From: Epiperipatus broadwayi
Lineage: Eukaryota > Animalia > Onychophora
Length of the DNA stretch: 64,000 bases
Direction: 5' to 3'
Assembly (NCBI GenBank): GCA_028023455.1
Contig: JAQFVV010000002.1
Coordinates: forward strand, 3,596,001-3,660,000
Part shown: one piece after another, positions 26,120 to 38,129 of the stretch
Numbering within the stretch: position 1 is the first letter of the stretch
Layout of the letters: every line of letters starts with the position of its first letter
Notes under the pieces: model-generated
Told to the model about the DNA's origin: nothing
The model's input: only the letters and a program-made list of their open reading frames with translations
The model's database searches: none
Program-made: the position numbers and the translations under genes

Positions 26120-26760
26120 CAGTGGTGAGCTGTGAGAATTCATAGTGGTGGTGTGGCAATCGACAAAGTGAACAAAAATGACCTGTATCTTTGAAGTAAA
26201 TGGTCATGTACAAGATTACCAACATTTGTTTTACTATGAACACACTGTTGTATAATTGGGCTGTAGTAACTTTTGCCTGTCTGACAGAGAGGACAAACAA
26301 AAAGGGCACATATCTAAGCAAGACAAAAAATTACTACAAGTAGATTTGTGGATACTCTTTTGCCTCTTTATTTAGACTGAGTTATCTATTTGTACATATG
26401 TGTAAGTCATATATAGGAATTTAATTAACATACATAATTAAACAAAAACATTCATTTTGCACTTGTTTTGATATAAAAGCACTGTTGTATCACTGGTTTG
26501 CAATATATTTTGCCCACCCATCAGAGAGTGCAAACAAAAAGAGTGTGTATCTAAGTGAGACAAAAAAAAAATCATTACAAGTAAATTGTAGATACTTTTT
26601 TTCCTCTTTACTCAGTTAGTGTATTTTATATCTATATTTGTGTAAGACACATATAGAAATTTAATTATAAAAATTTAAGAACAATAATAATTAAACAAAA
26701 ACATTCATTTTACATTGGAGGGGCTGCATGACTGCAGCCCCTGTGGATGGGCCATCACTG
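26120..26760. mobile_element. hAT-like non-autonomous DNA transposon with an internal ~235-bp tandem duplication
   Basis: Ends CAGTGGTGAG...GCCATCACTG, flanked by AATTCCAT/AATTTGAT (decayed 8-bp TSD), with a subterminal hairpin GGGGCTGCA TGAC TGCAGCCCC. It splits the RTE motif SPYNDQI|MEL (cf. KAPG.DQI..EL). Confidence 0.7.
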
Positions 26761-29700
26761 AATTTGATCATTATAGGGAGATTATCTTCAGAATTTGACA
26801 TCTTCATTTAAAAACTTGGGAAATTCAGAAGATATAATAATTGTAGTAAGTACTTTTTCTTGTTCTTTATTGTTATATAATTCATTATAGAACTCTTCTA
26901 CACAATTCTTGATGTCATCTCTCTCTTTAGTAATAGTTCCATCTTTTTTTTCTTATTGCAAAAATAAGTTTTCTACCAATCCCAAGATATTATTTTATAC
27001 TTTGAGACCTTTCTTCTCCTCTATAGTTTCCTTACTATATCACAATTATATTTTCTTAGACCTTATCAACTCTTTCACACCACTTTATAAAATTGTAAAT
27101 AGTCAATTCTTCTTAATGCACCATTTATATATATATATTTGTATTCCTTGTTTTCTTCATAATTTGTGTTGTCTCACTAGAAATTTTACTGGTCAGTTGC
27201 TGCTTTATGTATCAGGTATCTTTGTTGCAGTTTTTAAAAGTGTATCAGATTATATTCTTATTGATTTCATTGAAATTTAAATCATGTTCAATATCTGTTA
27301 ATATTTGAAAACAATTAGCAAGTTCTAATTTAAATTCATTGAAATGTTTCTGAAGATTAGAAACATAAAGTGTGAATATTGTTTTTCTTAATAATTTTTG
27401 TCTCTTTAGTTTTGCATTAACATGTATCTTATATCTCATTAATCAATGATCACTTACTGTGTTGAATTTATGAAAACATCACTATCTTGATATACATATT
27501 CTCTGTTAGTTAAAATATGATCCAATTCTGATAAAACTTCATTTGTAAACCTTCCATGTCCATTTCTGTTTAGCATTTTTCTCAATAAGAAAGAATTTAT
27601 AAAAAAAAAATTTCTGCAAAATCCACAAGTTTTATGTCCTCTCTCATTTCTATCATTAGCCCTTTCATCCTTCAATTATTTACAAATGCTAGCTTTTATA
27701 TGTCTTCCACAACAATTTTAAAATGTTGTTTCATCTGACCAAAAACATTTTATCCATCAATATAAAAATTCTCTACTTCTTCAACATTATAAAAACTTAT
27801 TGAAGCATAAACCTGAATTATCTGAATTTGGTATCTGCTATTAAGTTGAAGAACGAATCTTGATACTTTATCTGATGCACCATCCAGCTACACAATGTTA
27901 TTCTTTCACTTTTTATTTATAATGAATTCTATTCCATTTGTATTTGCAATGTTTGTGCCTTTGTAGTACTGTACACATCCATTTTTTAAATCAACTGTTT
28001 CTTCACCTTTTCCTCTATATCCCATTTAATATTAGACAGTTCTTCCTCCAATTCTTGCAATCTTCCTTTACTTGAAAGTGATTTGCAGTTGTAAATACCT
28101 AAATAAAAGATCATCATAAAAATGACAGCCTGCAATCACAATCTGGAGATTCTTAGCATTGTCCATTATTGGCCACCAACCACTGTCTTGGCTGGCAACA
28201 TTACAACCTTATAGAAATAAGAGCCCCTATTTATTTTGGTCTGTTATGATTGTAAATATCTATTAGAAAAAAAATTCTTTCACACACGTTCATTCTGCCA
28301 TTAATAAAAACTCCACTGATATTTCAGTTAACAGTTATCAGATAACTGAGAATAAAGATTCTCGTGCTTCTTGATCTTAAACTCAAAGATAAAAATCCAA
28401 TAAATTAACCATGTTGGTGAATTCATGTTGGCAAGAAGCTCATCTAAGTTTGTGTACTATATGAGTCATCATATAGTGATAACAGCTGCAATGACAATAA
28501 TATATGGAAATGATATTACAAATTTGACTTGAACAGTTTCTTTAAGACTTCCAAGAGGAATCAATCCCTTTTTCATTTAACAGCAAATTGTTTTTTCATT
28601 GCAATCTTTACAGCTGATTTAAACAGATTTTAAAAAATGAGTATTCATAATTATAAAAATATTCTAAGGGCTTCAAAAACATATTCAACAAATGATGTTG
28701 CTATTATTTTTACTTATAAATATTAAATAAATAGATCATTAGTGGCAGAATTAAAAAAAATTTTTTTGTTTGTTTGTTGTCTTTTAGTGTAAAAATTTTA
28801 AGAATCTCAAACATAAAGATAAAATTTTAACAATCTTAAGATTATAGAAATTTTTAACAATCTTTTTTTTTTTTTAAATTATAAAGTAATTCTATAAATA
28901 GTTTTTATTATTATTTATTTATTTGTGCAAATCATTAAACTATATATATTTGCTATGCAACTATTACACACAAATGTTCGCTGAAGTAATTTAATGATTT
29001 TTATCATTACTAATATATAGAAATAGAATGGTTTAAATAATCCAAACGGCAGACCCCTACAGTAAGTAGATCAAAACTCTACTTTTGAGATTACAGTTGA
29101 GAAATTTGTTCTAAGGCATGGTAAGTGCAAAGAGAAAAAATATTTATATTCAAATGAGTTGTACTTAACAAATGACATAAAATTAGTAAAACTGTGTTTA
29201 ATTTTAGCAGTAATCAATTTTTTTTTACTAATATATATATATGGTTGGACTTTCATTATGAAGTAAGATATTGAATTTTGAATAAATATTATGCAAGCTA
29301 AATTTATGCACAAGAGTGTTTTTGATAAATAGAAATTAGCGCATTTGCTAGTCACGTTCTTTACCTGAAATTCAAATTCAATTGAGTTAATTCAACAGAC
29401 TTAAAATTTTTCATTCATATTGATGGGTCCATTATCTCCCCTAGCTATTCTTAATTGGAGAATAAAAATCTCAGACGAATTAAGAATAATTTTTAAAAAT
29501 GCGACTGAATACGAGACATTTTTCTTTATAGAAAGTGAGGTGATATATTTCTTTATCTAAACTAATAATTGATGTCCAAAGAAATTTTTAAAAAAAATAA
29601 TAATTATTATTATTATTTTTTATCAAGTCTGTGTGAAAATAAGACTAGGGATTGATATTAATTACCTAACGATTATCAACATGGCTAAAAATGAATAAAA

Positions 29701-30165
29701 CTTTTTTTTTCTATAATGGAATAAGGCAAAAGCTATCTTAACAAGTATTTTTTCAAAGTCTTTAGATAAGACGGATGGCTAAAACACCTCGAGAAAGCAG
29801 ATTATTATAAAATGTAAGGCGCACAATAAAATAAGAAAAAGCTATTAGATTAGTAATTGCATTATTGTCATATTTTGTTAAAAACAGAAACCAGAAGTTT
29901 CAAGATCTACTTTCAGTCAGTAATCGTAAAACTAACAATCGATAAGTATAATAATGAATTCATTATTTGCAAACAATCCCTGGGGATTTTTATAAACTAT
30001 TTAAATTAATTACTGATTTACATGTAAATCTAAAATTACTTTTTCTTAGGTAAAATGTTGATCTTACGTAATTCCTTGTTTTTAAGATATTTTTTCGTTC
30101 TACAGAATTCGTCCCTACAATTATTCAAAATATAAATGTTGTCTACATTATAAAAATGAATAATT

Positions 30166-30728
30166 TCACACGACCCTCAACTCTCCATGCCATCTCATAA
30201 TCACCACTAAACGTATTTCATGCTAAACCAGCAATCATCAGTTGGTCCAGATTACTATTTCCACACATATATACAATCAGTGCTCAGCTTTATATTAAGA
30301 TAGCCAATCTTCATACTTTAATGAACAGGCATCAAACTACTTCAACCCACAACTCTTCAGCCATCCATTTCATTGAAAATCTGATGAGGGCTTCGAACGT
30401 TCCATCATCAGATTTTCAATGAAATGGATGGCTGAAGAGTTGTGGGTCAGTGTAGGTTGAAGCCTATCCATTAAAGTATGAAGATTGGCTATCTTAATAT
30501 AAAGCTGAACATATGTGTGTAGATAATAATTTGGACCAACTGATGATTGCTGGCTTAGCATGAAATATGTATACTGGTGATTATTTATCTTTTCAACATG
30601 TGTATGATCAGGTGGGTCAGCAATATGAGATGGCATGGAGAGTTGAGGGATGTGTGAAAGTCTGAGTTCGAATCCCTTATATATTACATTATATATGTGC
30701 ATATGTGTAAGCCTATACAGTGTATTAA
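30166..30728. repeat. Head-to-head inverted pair of family A copies with a central hairpin
   Basis: Left arm (minus) 30166-30387 mirrors right arm (plus) from 30405. The plus arm has CCAACTGATGATTGCTGGCTTAGCATGAAATATGTATACTGG and CTGAGTTCGAATCCC. Confidence 0.85.
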
Positions 30729-32134
30729 TTTAAAAATGAATAATGTAATCTAAAAGATTTTTCAAGAAATATTTATTACAAACAAATTAGTAAAAGTCCA
30801 AATCAGAGAAAACATGTCCACTTAAGAAAAGGTTAGAAGTTGATTAAAAATATAAGTAAAAAGATAATAATAAAATAATATGTATTAAATAGTACGTCCT
30901 ATATTCATTTTGGTGCACGAGATGCAGCTTTATAATGAGGAAAAATAATCTGCGTCATCTGGCCACATTCATTAATAAACAAATACAAATCAAAGACAGA
31001 GATAGAACTATTGTTAGACCAGATTTATATGCCATGCAAGTCGCTTTTAAAAGAATAATTAAGACTATAAGAAACACAAAACAAAAAGAATTAAAACACT
31101 AAACTTACTGCATTATTTATAAACTATAGGACAAAGAACAAATTCAAAATTACTACAAGAAAAAACTTGTATTTAAAGAAATGGTAAACAGAAACTGTAT
31201 TTTTTGTGAAATCAAATTGTAAATACAATGTAATTGAAGCTATGTAAACCAAAAGAAGTAATAAAGTACCTTTTGAAACATAAAAAAGAAAAAAGTTAAA
31301 GCTTTTTAAAATTAAAAAAATTAAAATTATAATACAATAGTTTTTAAAATAATTTTAAAAATAAAATAAATGTGGATAAAATTAATTAAGAGTAGAGTAA
31401 TAAATAAAATGGAAAATTATTATTTATACTGGACAGATTAAGATGTATGTTTTAATTGTGTTTTTAAATATGTGTATAAAATTATAAACTATTTAATGAC
31501 TGCTTTTAACTTTAGTCAAAAAGTATGTAATCAATTTATTTAAAAAAATAAAAGTAATATAAATAATATATTATCTAGCACTTTTCAAAATGAAATCAGT
31601 ACAGACATTATTACCAGGATGTATTTCATCAAATACAAAACTTTTCAACAGATTTGTTGATGACATTAGTATTGATTTCAATTTGAAAAGCTATAAGCAT
31701 TGTTTTGCTTATGTTACATTTTAAAAATTGATATTAAATATAATATGTATTCATTAATTACGATTAGTATAGTTGTTATATAGAAATTAATATGTTTGCT
31801 TTATTGGTCAAATTATACAAATAAATTAACCACAATTCAGCTGATGACTATATTATTATTAAGCATTTACATTTATTAATAAACATCTAAATTTTTGCAT
31901 ATAAATATGAATGCTGGTTTCCATTAGTTTGTAATATAATTTATCCAACTGAACATGTAATGTTAGTGACAAAATAAATTTGCCTATGGGGGGAATTTAC
32001 CATTTTATAAATTGATTTTGTGAAGTCACAACTGATCTGAGAAATACAAACTCTTTTTTTTTAAATATTGTTACATAGATCAGATGCATATAATTTCAAG
32101 GTCATGAAACTGTGAATATATGCACATGACTAAT

Positions 32135-32790
32135 GTACCATAAGGTTTACGTCAGCGGTTCCATTATAACACATTTTTTCTCATGTGTCATAGCATCAGC
32201 CAGGAAGCGAACCTGCTAACCCGGACAACTGCTTGTAAAGCAGCCGTTGCTGACCTCTCGATCACCAATGGTTGACGTTTTATGTAAGGATGTGCAATAT
32301 TTGACAGTAAATTATATCTGAGAGATACCATAACCTCCAAAGTCTGTGATGGTATATTTAAAAAAATAATTTCTAGATTGTAACTGAAAATAAATAAAAC
32401 AACTTGTGATATTATTATAAAAAACAACTTGTGATATTATTATAAAAATATAATAAAGGCAATGATTAAAGCAAATACCAGAAATGTAATCAAATGCTTA
32501 CAGAATTTGCAGTTTGCAAGAGTTGGGAAACCTAAAACTATTCAGATAGATCATGCTACTTCTTTTTTGTCTAAAGACTGGAAAAATTGATTAAAGAAAC
32601 AAGAAGTAATGCATATATTAATTTCCATCTGTAACCCACAATCTCATTTTTGTAAAAGAGTTAGTATGAGTTAGGTAGATTATATAGAGTTTATTTAGAA
32701 GATAACCATAGGAATTGGGTGAATAAATTAAAGGAAATTGCAAGTTACATCAAAATGAATTGGCAAAATTTTCAACAATTCATCTTCACT
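32135..32790 (+). mobile_element. Ty3/gypsy-like integrase relic preceded by a CpG-rich, possibly LTR-derived segment
   Basis: 32455-32790 translates as VGKPKTIQIDHATSFLSKDWKN*LKKQEVMHILISICNPQS (rve core, D..E region). The LTR call for 32135-32445 is weak (starts TGTA, GC-richer). Confidence 0.6.
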
Positions 32791-33681
32791 ATGAAAACAG
32801 AGAACCTATGTTAATTAAAACACCCCTGCCAACCATAACAGAAGAAAAAGTAGATTGTGATAAGGATATTCTATAAGCTCAGAAAAAAAAACAGGGTATA
32901 AAAGAGTTGAAGAATTTAAAATGTTAACAGAATTCCTGGTGTGTGCTGGATTAAATAATTTTTCTATGCAGAAAACTAATATACAGTAGGATTAAAAAAG
33001 AATTTCTTTTCATCTTATAATCAAGAAAATCTTTGTTATCATATTATATGTATATATATATGAAATTTACATAGCTTAATGTATATAAGGCTATGAATAA
33101 ATAATATTCTGTATGTTTAAAAAGGATCAAATTTAGAAAAGATCTGCCTTTTCTTTAAGCTTTGCTTTTGATATTTGTAAGCTTTTCTTTACCAGCATTA
33201 ATGGAAAATCAGAATGAACATAATATGCCAATCAGTTTAAAATATTGCATAAATGATGATTGTATTATTATATATGGAAAGATATAGTATCTGACATTTA
33301 AAAATCTTCTTTTAATAACATCAGGAGTTAACAAATGTAAACATAAAATTCGCCTAGCTTAATATATATAATTAAGAGGAGTAAATTATTTTCCTTCAGG
33401 CTATGAAAATATGACACTTTATTTTTAGCAAGAATCAAGAATAGAACTGATGTATCTATTCTTTAAGCTTTTAATATTTATATGATTATTCTTATCAACA
33501 TTGGGGAAAATTCAGATGAACTTAATTTGCCATATTTACATCTGAATAGTATATTAAGTTAGTTATGAATTTCCACCAATGCTGGCATGGATAAATGTGT
33601 TAATATCAAAAGCTTAAAGAAAGAGTGGATATATTTGGGTCTTGTTCCTAGCTAAATGCATAAAGTATTATTTGTTCATAG

Positions 33682-33731
33682 ACTGAAGGAAAATAATTGG
33701 ATTTCCTTGGTTAGATGTACATTAAACTACA
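33682..33731 (+). CDS. Candidate host exon (LKENNWISLVRCTLNY)
   Basis: TTTGTTCATAG acceptor and GTAATT donor. Only one frame is open and it is phase-compatible with the next candidate exon. Confidence 0.4.
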
Positions 33732-33872
33732 GTAATTTTATACTTACAATTATTTACATCTGTGTGATTATTAAAATAAGATAACTTAAACTGAAATTAA
33801 GTCTCCTTTGTATAATTGATTATTAATTAACTATTTATTAATGTCACAGATTTATCTGATTGACATATTCAG

Positions 33873-33972
33873 TTTATTCTGAATTTCCACCACTGTTGTC
33901 AAGGGCATGCTTACAAACATCAAAAGAGAAACCTTGTCAAACATACAAAATGTTACTTATTCATAATTCAAG
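33873..33972 (+). CDS. Candidate host exon (YSEFPPLLSRACLQTSKEKPCQTYKMLLIHNS)
   Basis: CATATTCAG acceptor and AG|GTAGAG donor; phase 1 in, phase 2 out. Confidence 0.4.
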
Positions 33973-34535
33973 GTAGAGTGGTTTGCTCCCTTATATGAGT
34001 TTATCATGACTTACTATATATACATATATGTATAGAGTGGGAAAAAGATTTAAAAAAAAGATAATTAAAAAAATATCATTCTTATAATTATTTAATTATT
34101 CTGTTTTTCTCTTATTTTATTTTACTTATTGGTAAGCTAATTAAAAACAATTTATCTTCACAAACATACTTGTAGGTAATCTGAAAACAATTGCTTGCTT
34201 TAATCAAAATAAATTTCTTTAAGACAACAATCTTTTCTAATCATAGAATATTATTATTAAGTTTATAATAAAATGTTTTAAACTTAGAAAATATAATGTT
34301 AATATAAAATATTTAGCTATAAAATAATTAATATTTTTCATAAATTTTATACTATTCTCAAAAGGTACTTAAAGCTTCATTAATCTATATATTTACAAAT
34401 TAAAAAATTCCATAAAAATAGAATAAAAATAATAAATTAAAATTTTTTCATAAAAAGAAATAAAAAAAGCAAAACTGATTAATATCATTGCAATATGAAG
34501 ATATTTTTTTTTCTTTGTTTTTTTTTTTTTAACAG

Positions 34536-34651
34536 GCTGTCATATAAAAAGTCTGAAAATAGGAGAATAAAAGAAAACAGGAATCCCAATTTACTTTCAT
34601 TTTTCTATTTTTTACATGGGAATTTGTTTGGAGATGGTGCTGAAAGTGCAT
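34536..34651 (+). CDS. Candidate host exon (LSYKKSENRRIKENRNP...), 3' boundary uncertain
   Basis: Long T-tract + AACAG acceptor. The only open frame is phase 2, matching the preceding exon. Confidence 0.3.
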
Positions 34652-36299
34652 GTAATTTAAATTGCTTTTTTTTGAAAACATTTAACATTATTTTTCCAGT
34701 ATATTGATGACAAGAAAACGAATTAATTATAATATTGATGTATTAATTGAAAAAAACTCTGAAGAGGTCAGGTACTTTTCAATAGGCAGCAAAGTCAAAG
34801 TAATTTAGTTTAACCTTTATGTGTTTAATGGAATTAATTTTTGTAAATTAGTCTAAACAGCATTTGCAAGATTATTTTGAGTTGTGTTTTAGAATATTAA
34901 AAAATTGATATTTTGTATAATTTTTAAAAATGCATCATTATTTTTACACAACAATAGTATATTACCACTAAATATGTATGGAAAGTTTTGCCTGTTTTAA
35001 TAATAGTATTTTAATTGTTAAAAAACAAAAGTGTACATGATTGTACTTTTTTTATATGTATATGTTTTATTTTTAAAAATAAGTGACAAATTCTAATATA
35101 ATAATAACAAAGAAAACTATGGTTGATATGATCCAATGTTGTAAAACTTACTGCTAATGTCTTTACAGACACCTTATTAGAATCTTAAAATACTTAAAAA
35201 ATTATGAATGCCATTTTAATTTTTAAAGCACACTTTTATAGATTTATCAGAGCTTCAAATTTATTCATTCAACTTTTAAAAATAAATTTCAGTCAATGGA
35301 GACTTTGCTTATTTTTTGGAGTTGTTCACTTGACTACTTTCTTTCCCACTATAAAGTGATACTGTGTTTAATATTACTTATTTAATATTTGCAATGTTCA
35401 ATGACATTTTTGGAATATTTTTTATTTGTAAACTTATATTTCTAAAAAATCAAGTCCAATTTATTCAATTCTAATATAGAATAAAATTTTAATATTATAA
35501 ATCAATTGTTGGATATTGGCAAAAATTTCCATTAAGGTTAGCAATAAAAAAAGTTAATTCATTAGAGGGTTAAAGAATGCAATAAAATTTAAATTTAAAT
35601 TTAAGAGTCCAAAATCCTAATTTCAAATCACTTTCTACATACTTTTAGAAATAAATTATAACAATTATAATTTATTTACTAAATGCTTTTATTTAAATGA
35701 GAAACTCTGTTTGTTTGTTTACAATAAATTTTATAATTGAGATTTAACAGGCTTCTTAACAGTTTTTCTTAAAATTTTGAATATATGTTAAAAATTCATG
35801 CTAATGTAAGATGATAATAAAATATTTCAGATTGGTCTCCTATTTATTTACTATAGAGAAGTAGGCAGACTGAATTTCAAATGTGTCAGTATTGGTTCAA
35901 TAGTTTTCTGATGGGTATAATAGAGCAGTATGTTTTTAAATGTTTTAATTTTTGGAAAAAGATTAAAAATAAAAAGTACTAAAGATCAAATAAAATAGAA
36001 ATAAAAACAAATCTTTCTTTCACTTCATTGTAAATGTTACTTCTGTTAAAACAAATAAAATATTATTCTCTTCTGAATGCATATATCATTTTTAAACACT
36101 TTTTAAATAAAATTACAATGAATTAATTTTTAATGTGCTGTAAATTTACTTCCAAATACTACAGATACTGTGATATTAGATTTATTCACTTTAAATAGGA
36201 ATAATTATAAAAGTATTTGAATACTAAAAAATGAAAAATAATAATGATAAAATATGTTATAATAAATGCTTTTATTTATTTCAGTTTAAAAATTAGAGA

Positions 36300-37670
36300 T
36301 GACTTTAAAAATTCAAAATGACTATTTGTTCATCTGTTTAGAAAATGGGTTTTATTTGCTTGTTTAATGTGGTTTATTAAACTTCTATGAATTAAAAATC
36401 TTAAAGATTTTGTCATTCTTTAGTGTCTGTATAATTATCTTAGACTTTAGAGAAAGACGAGGAGTCACTTTTTCATTAATAAAAGGTTGCCTTGACAGGA
36501 TATTGAAGATTAATGGTGTTGAATAGGAGCTGCTTTCATATACTTGTATTTATAAATCATTCCAGCTTATATCTGAATGATAAGTATGTTTGAAAGTTCC
36601 AAATTACTATTTGTTTGTATGCTTTAAAGAAGATTTTATTAGCATGTTTAATTAGGTTTATTTACATTTCTATGAATTAAAAATCTCAAAATCTTTCAGT
36701 CATGTGCCAATCCTTAGTGTCTGTACAATCAACTTAGATTCCAGAGAAAGATTGATATTCATCTTTTTCATTGATGAAAGGTTACTTTTATAGCAGATTG
36801 AAGATTGTTGGTGCTGAATAGATGTGGGTTTCTTTCATGAGTTTCATATTTATAAACTAATATATTTTTTAGTAAAAACAGCTTTAGTATCTAAATAATA
36901 ATTAGTTTCAGTACAGTTTGAATTTTAAAAATGATTATTTGTTCACCTGCTTTGAAAACATATTTTATTTGCCTGTTTAATGGGATTTATTAAAATTCTA
37001 TGAATTAAGATGGTTATTTATTTTTTTATTAATAAAAGGTTGTTTTGGCAGCACATTGAAGATTCTTGGTGTTGAATAAGCATAGGCTGCTTGTATGTAT
37101 TGTATTTTAAAACTAATTTAGGTTTGAACAATATCAGCTTTATTATCTACATGATAAGTAGTTTCAGTGTGGTTAACATGTTATACTTGCCTGTTAAATG
37201 GAACTTATTTAAATGTCTATGAATTAAAAATTTCCAATATTTTTCAGTCAAAGATCAATTTTTAATGTCTATACAGTCATTTGACCTTAGAGAATTAGGG
37301 TATCCCTTTTTCATTCATAAAAGATTACCTTGAAAGCAAATTGATGGTTCTTGGTGTTGAATATATGTGAGCTGCTTTCATTTATTTATATTTTTTAAAT
37401 AATCTAGTTTTGAGCAAAACAAGCTTTATTATCTAAATAATAAGTAATATCTGTGCACTTTGAAAGTTAAAAATTACCCTTTGTTAGTTTGCTTTCAAAG
37501 AAGATTTAATTAATTTCTATAAACTAAAAATCACAATGTCTTTCAACCATGTCTCAACCTTTAGTATCTATATAATCATCTTAGACCATAGAGAAAAGTG
37601 AATATCCATCTTATTCATTAATAAAATGTTGCCCTGACAACATTCTGAAGAATCTTAATATGGGCTGTTT
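36300..37670. repeat. Degenerate tandem array, 5 units of ~240-310 bp
   Basis: TCTATGAATTAA(A)-like anchor recurs near 36385, 36668, 36977, 37216 and 37516, each with TGGTGTTGAATA-like and TAAAAGGTT-like motifs. Confidence 0.8.
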
Positions 37671-38129
37671 TATGTATTTTTAAATAAATTGATAGGGAAC
37701 ACATCTTTTTATGCTGATCCAGCACTTACAACAAAGAAATAAATTACACAGTTTCTTTAAACTTCTTTCAAAACATGATTTTATTCTACAAGTTCTGTTC
37801 TTAATACTGATCAGTAAGGACATAATTTATGTTGGAATAAAGTTAAATTTACCCAGTTGAATGTGTTTCTCTTTTTTAACATGCAAAAGTCTTTATTTCT
37901 GGGTCAGAAGCAAGCATGAGGTCCAGTTTTAGGGCCCACCCACTCAGTAAAACAAAACAGTACTATTTGCAGTAAATAAAAAGAGAAAATGGAATTTAAT
38001 ATGTATATGTGAGAAGCAAACTGAAATTAAAATAAGTAATAAATTATATAATAAGAACTAATTTCCAGGCAGTAGTATATTTATTAGCCTTAACTTGACA
38101 TAAAGTCAAATTATCACATGATCGCCAAC

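Larger units (their letters stand above)
25295..28270 (-). mobile_element. Near full-length RTE-clade LINE pseudogene with an internal deletion and a nested MITE
   Basis: Minus translation gives YNCKSLSSKGRLQELEEELSNIKWDI, IQIIQVYAS, RNERG, ELDHILTNR and SDH (APE); FKLELANCF and VEEFYNELY (linker); LDFNQPKEQDGF..GFSTLDHI (RT). The RTE 3' end lies at ~25300. Confidence 0.85.

Noticed and set aside
30428-30460. CTGAAGAG at the 5' part of family A as another hammerhead core
   Set aside because: Downstream sequence differs among copies, with no conserved stem II or GAAA.
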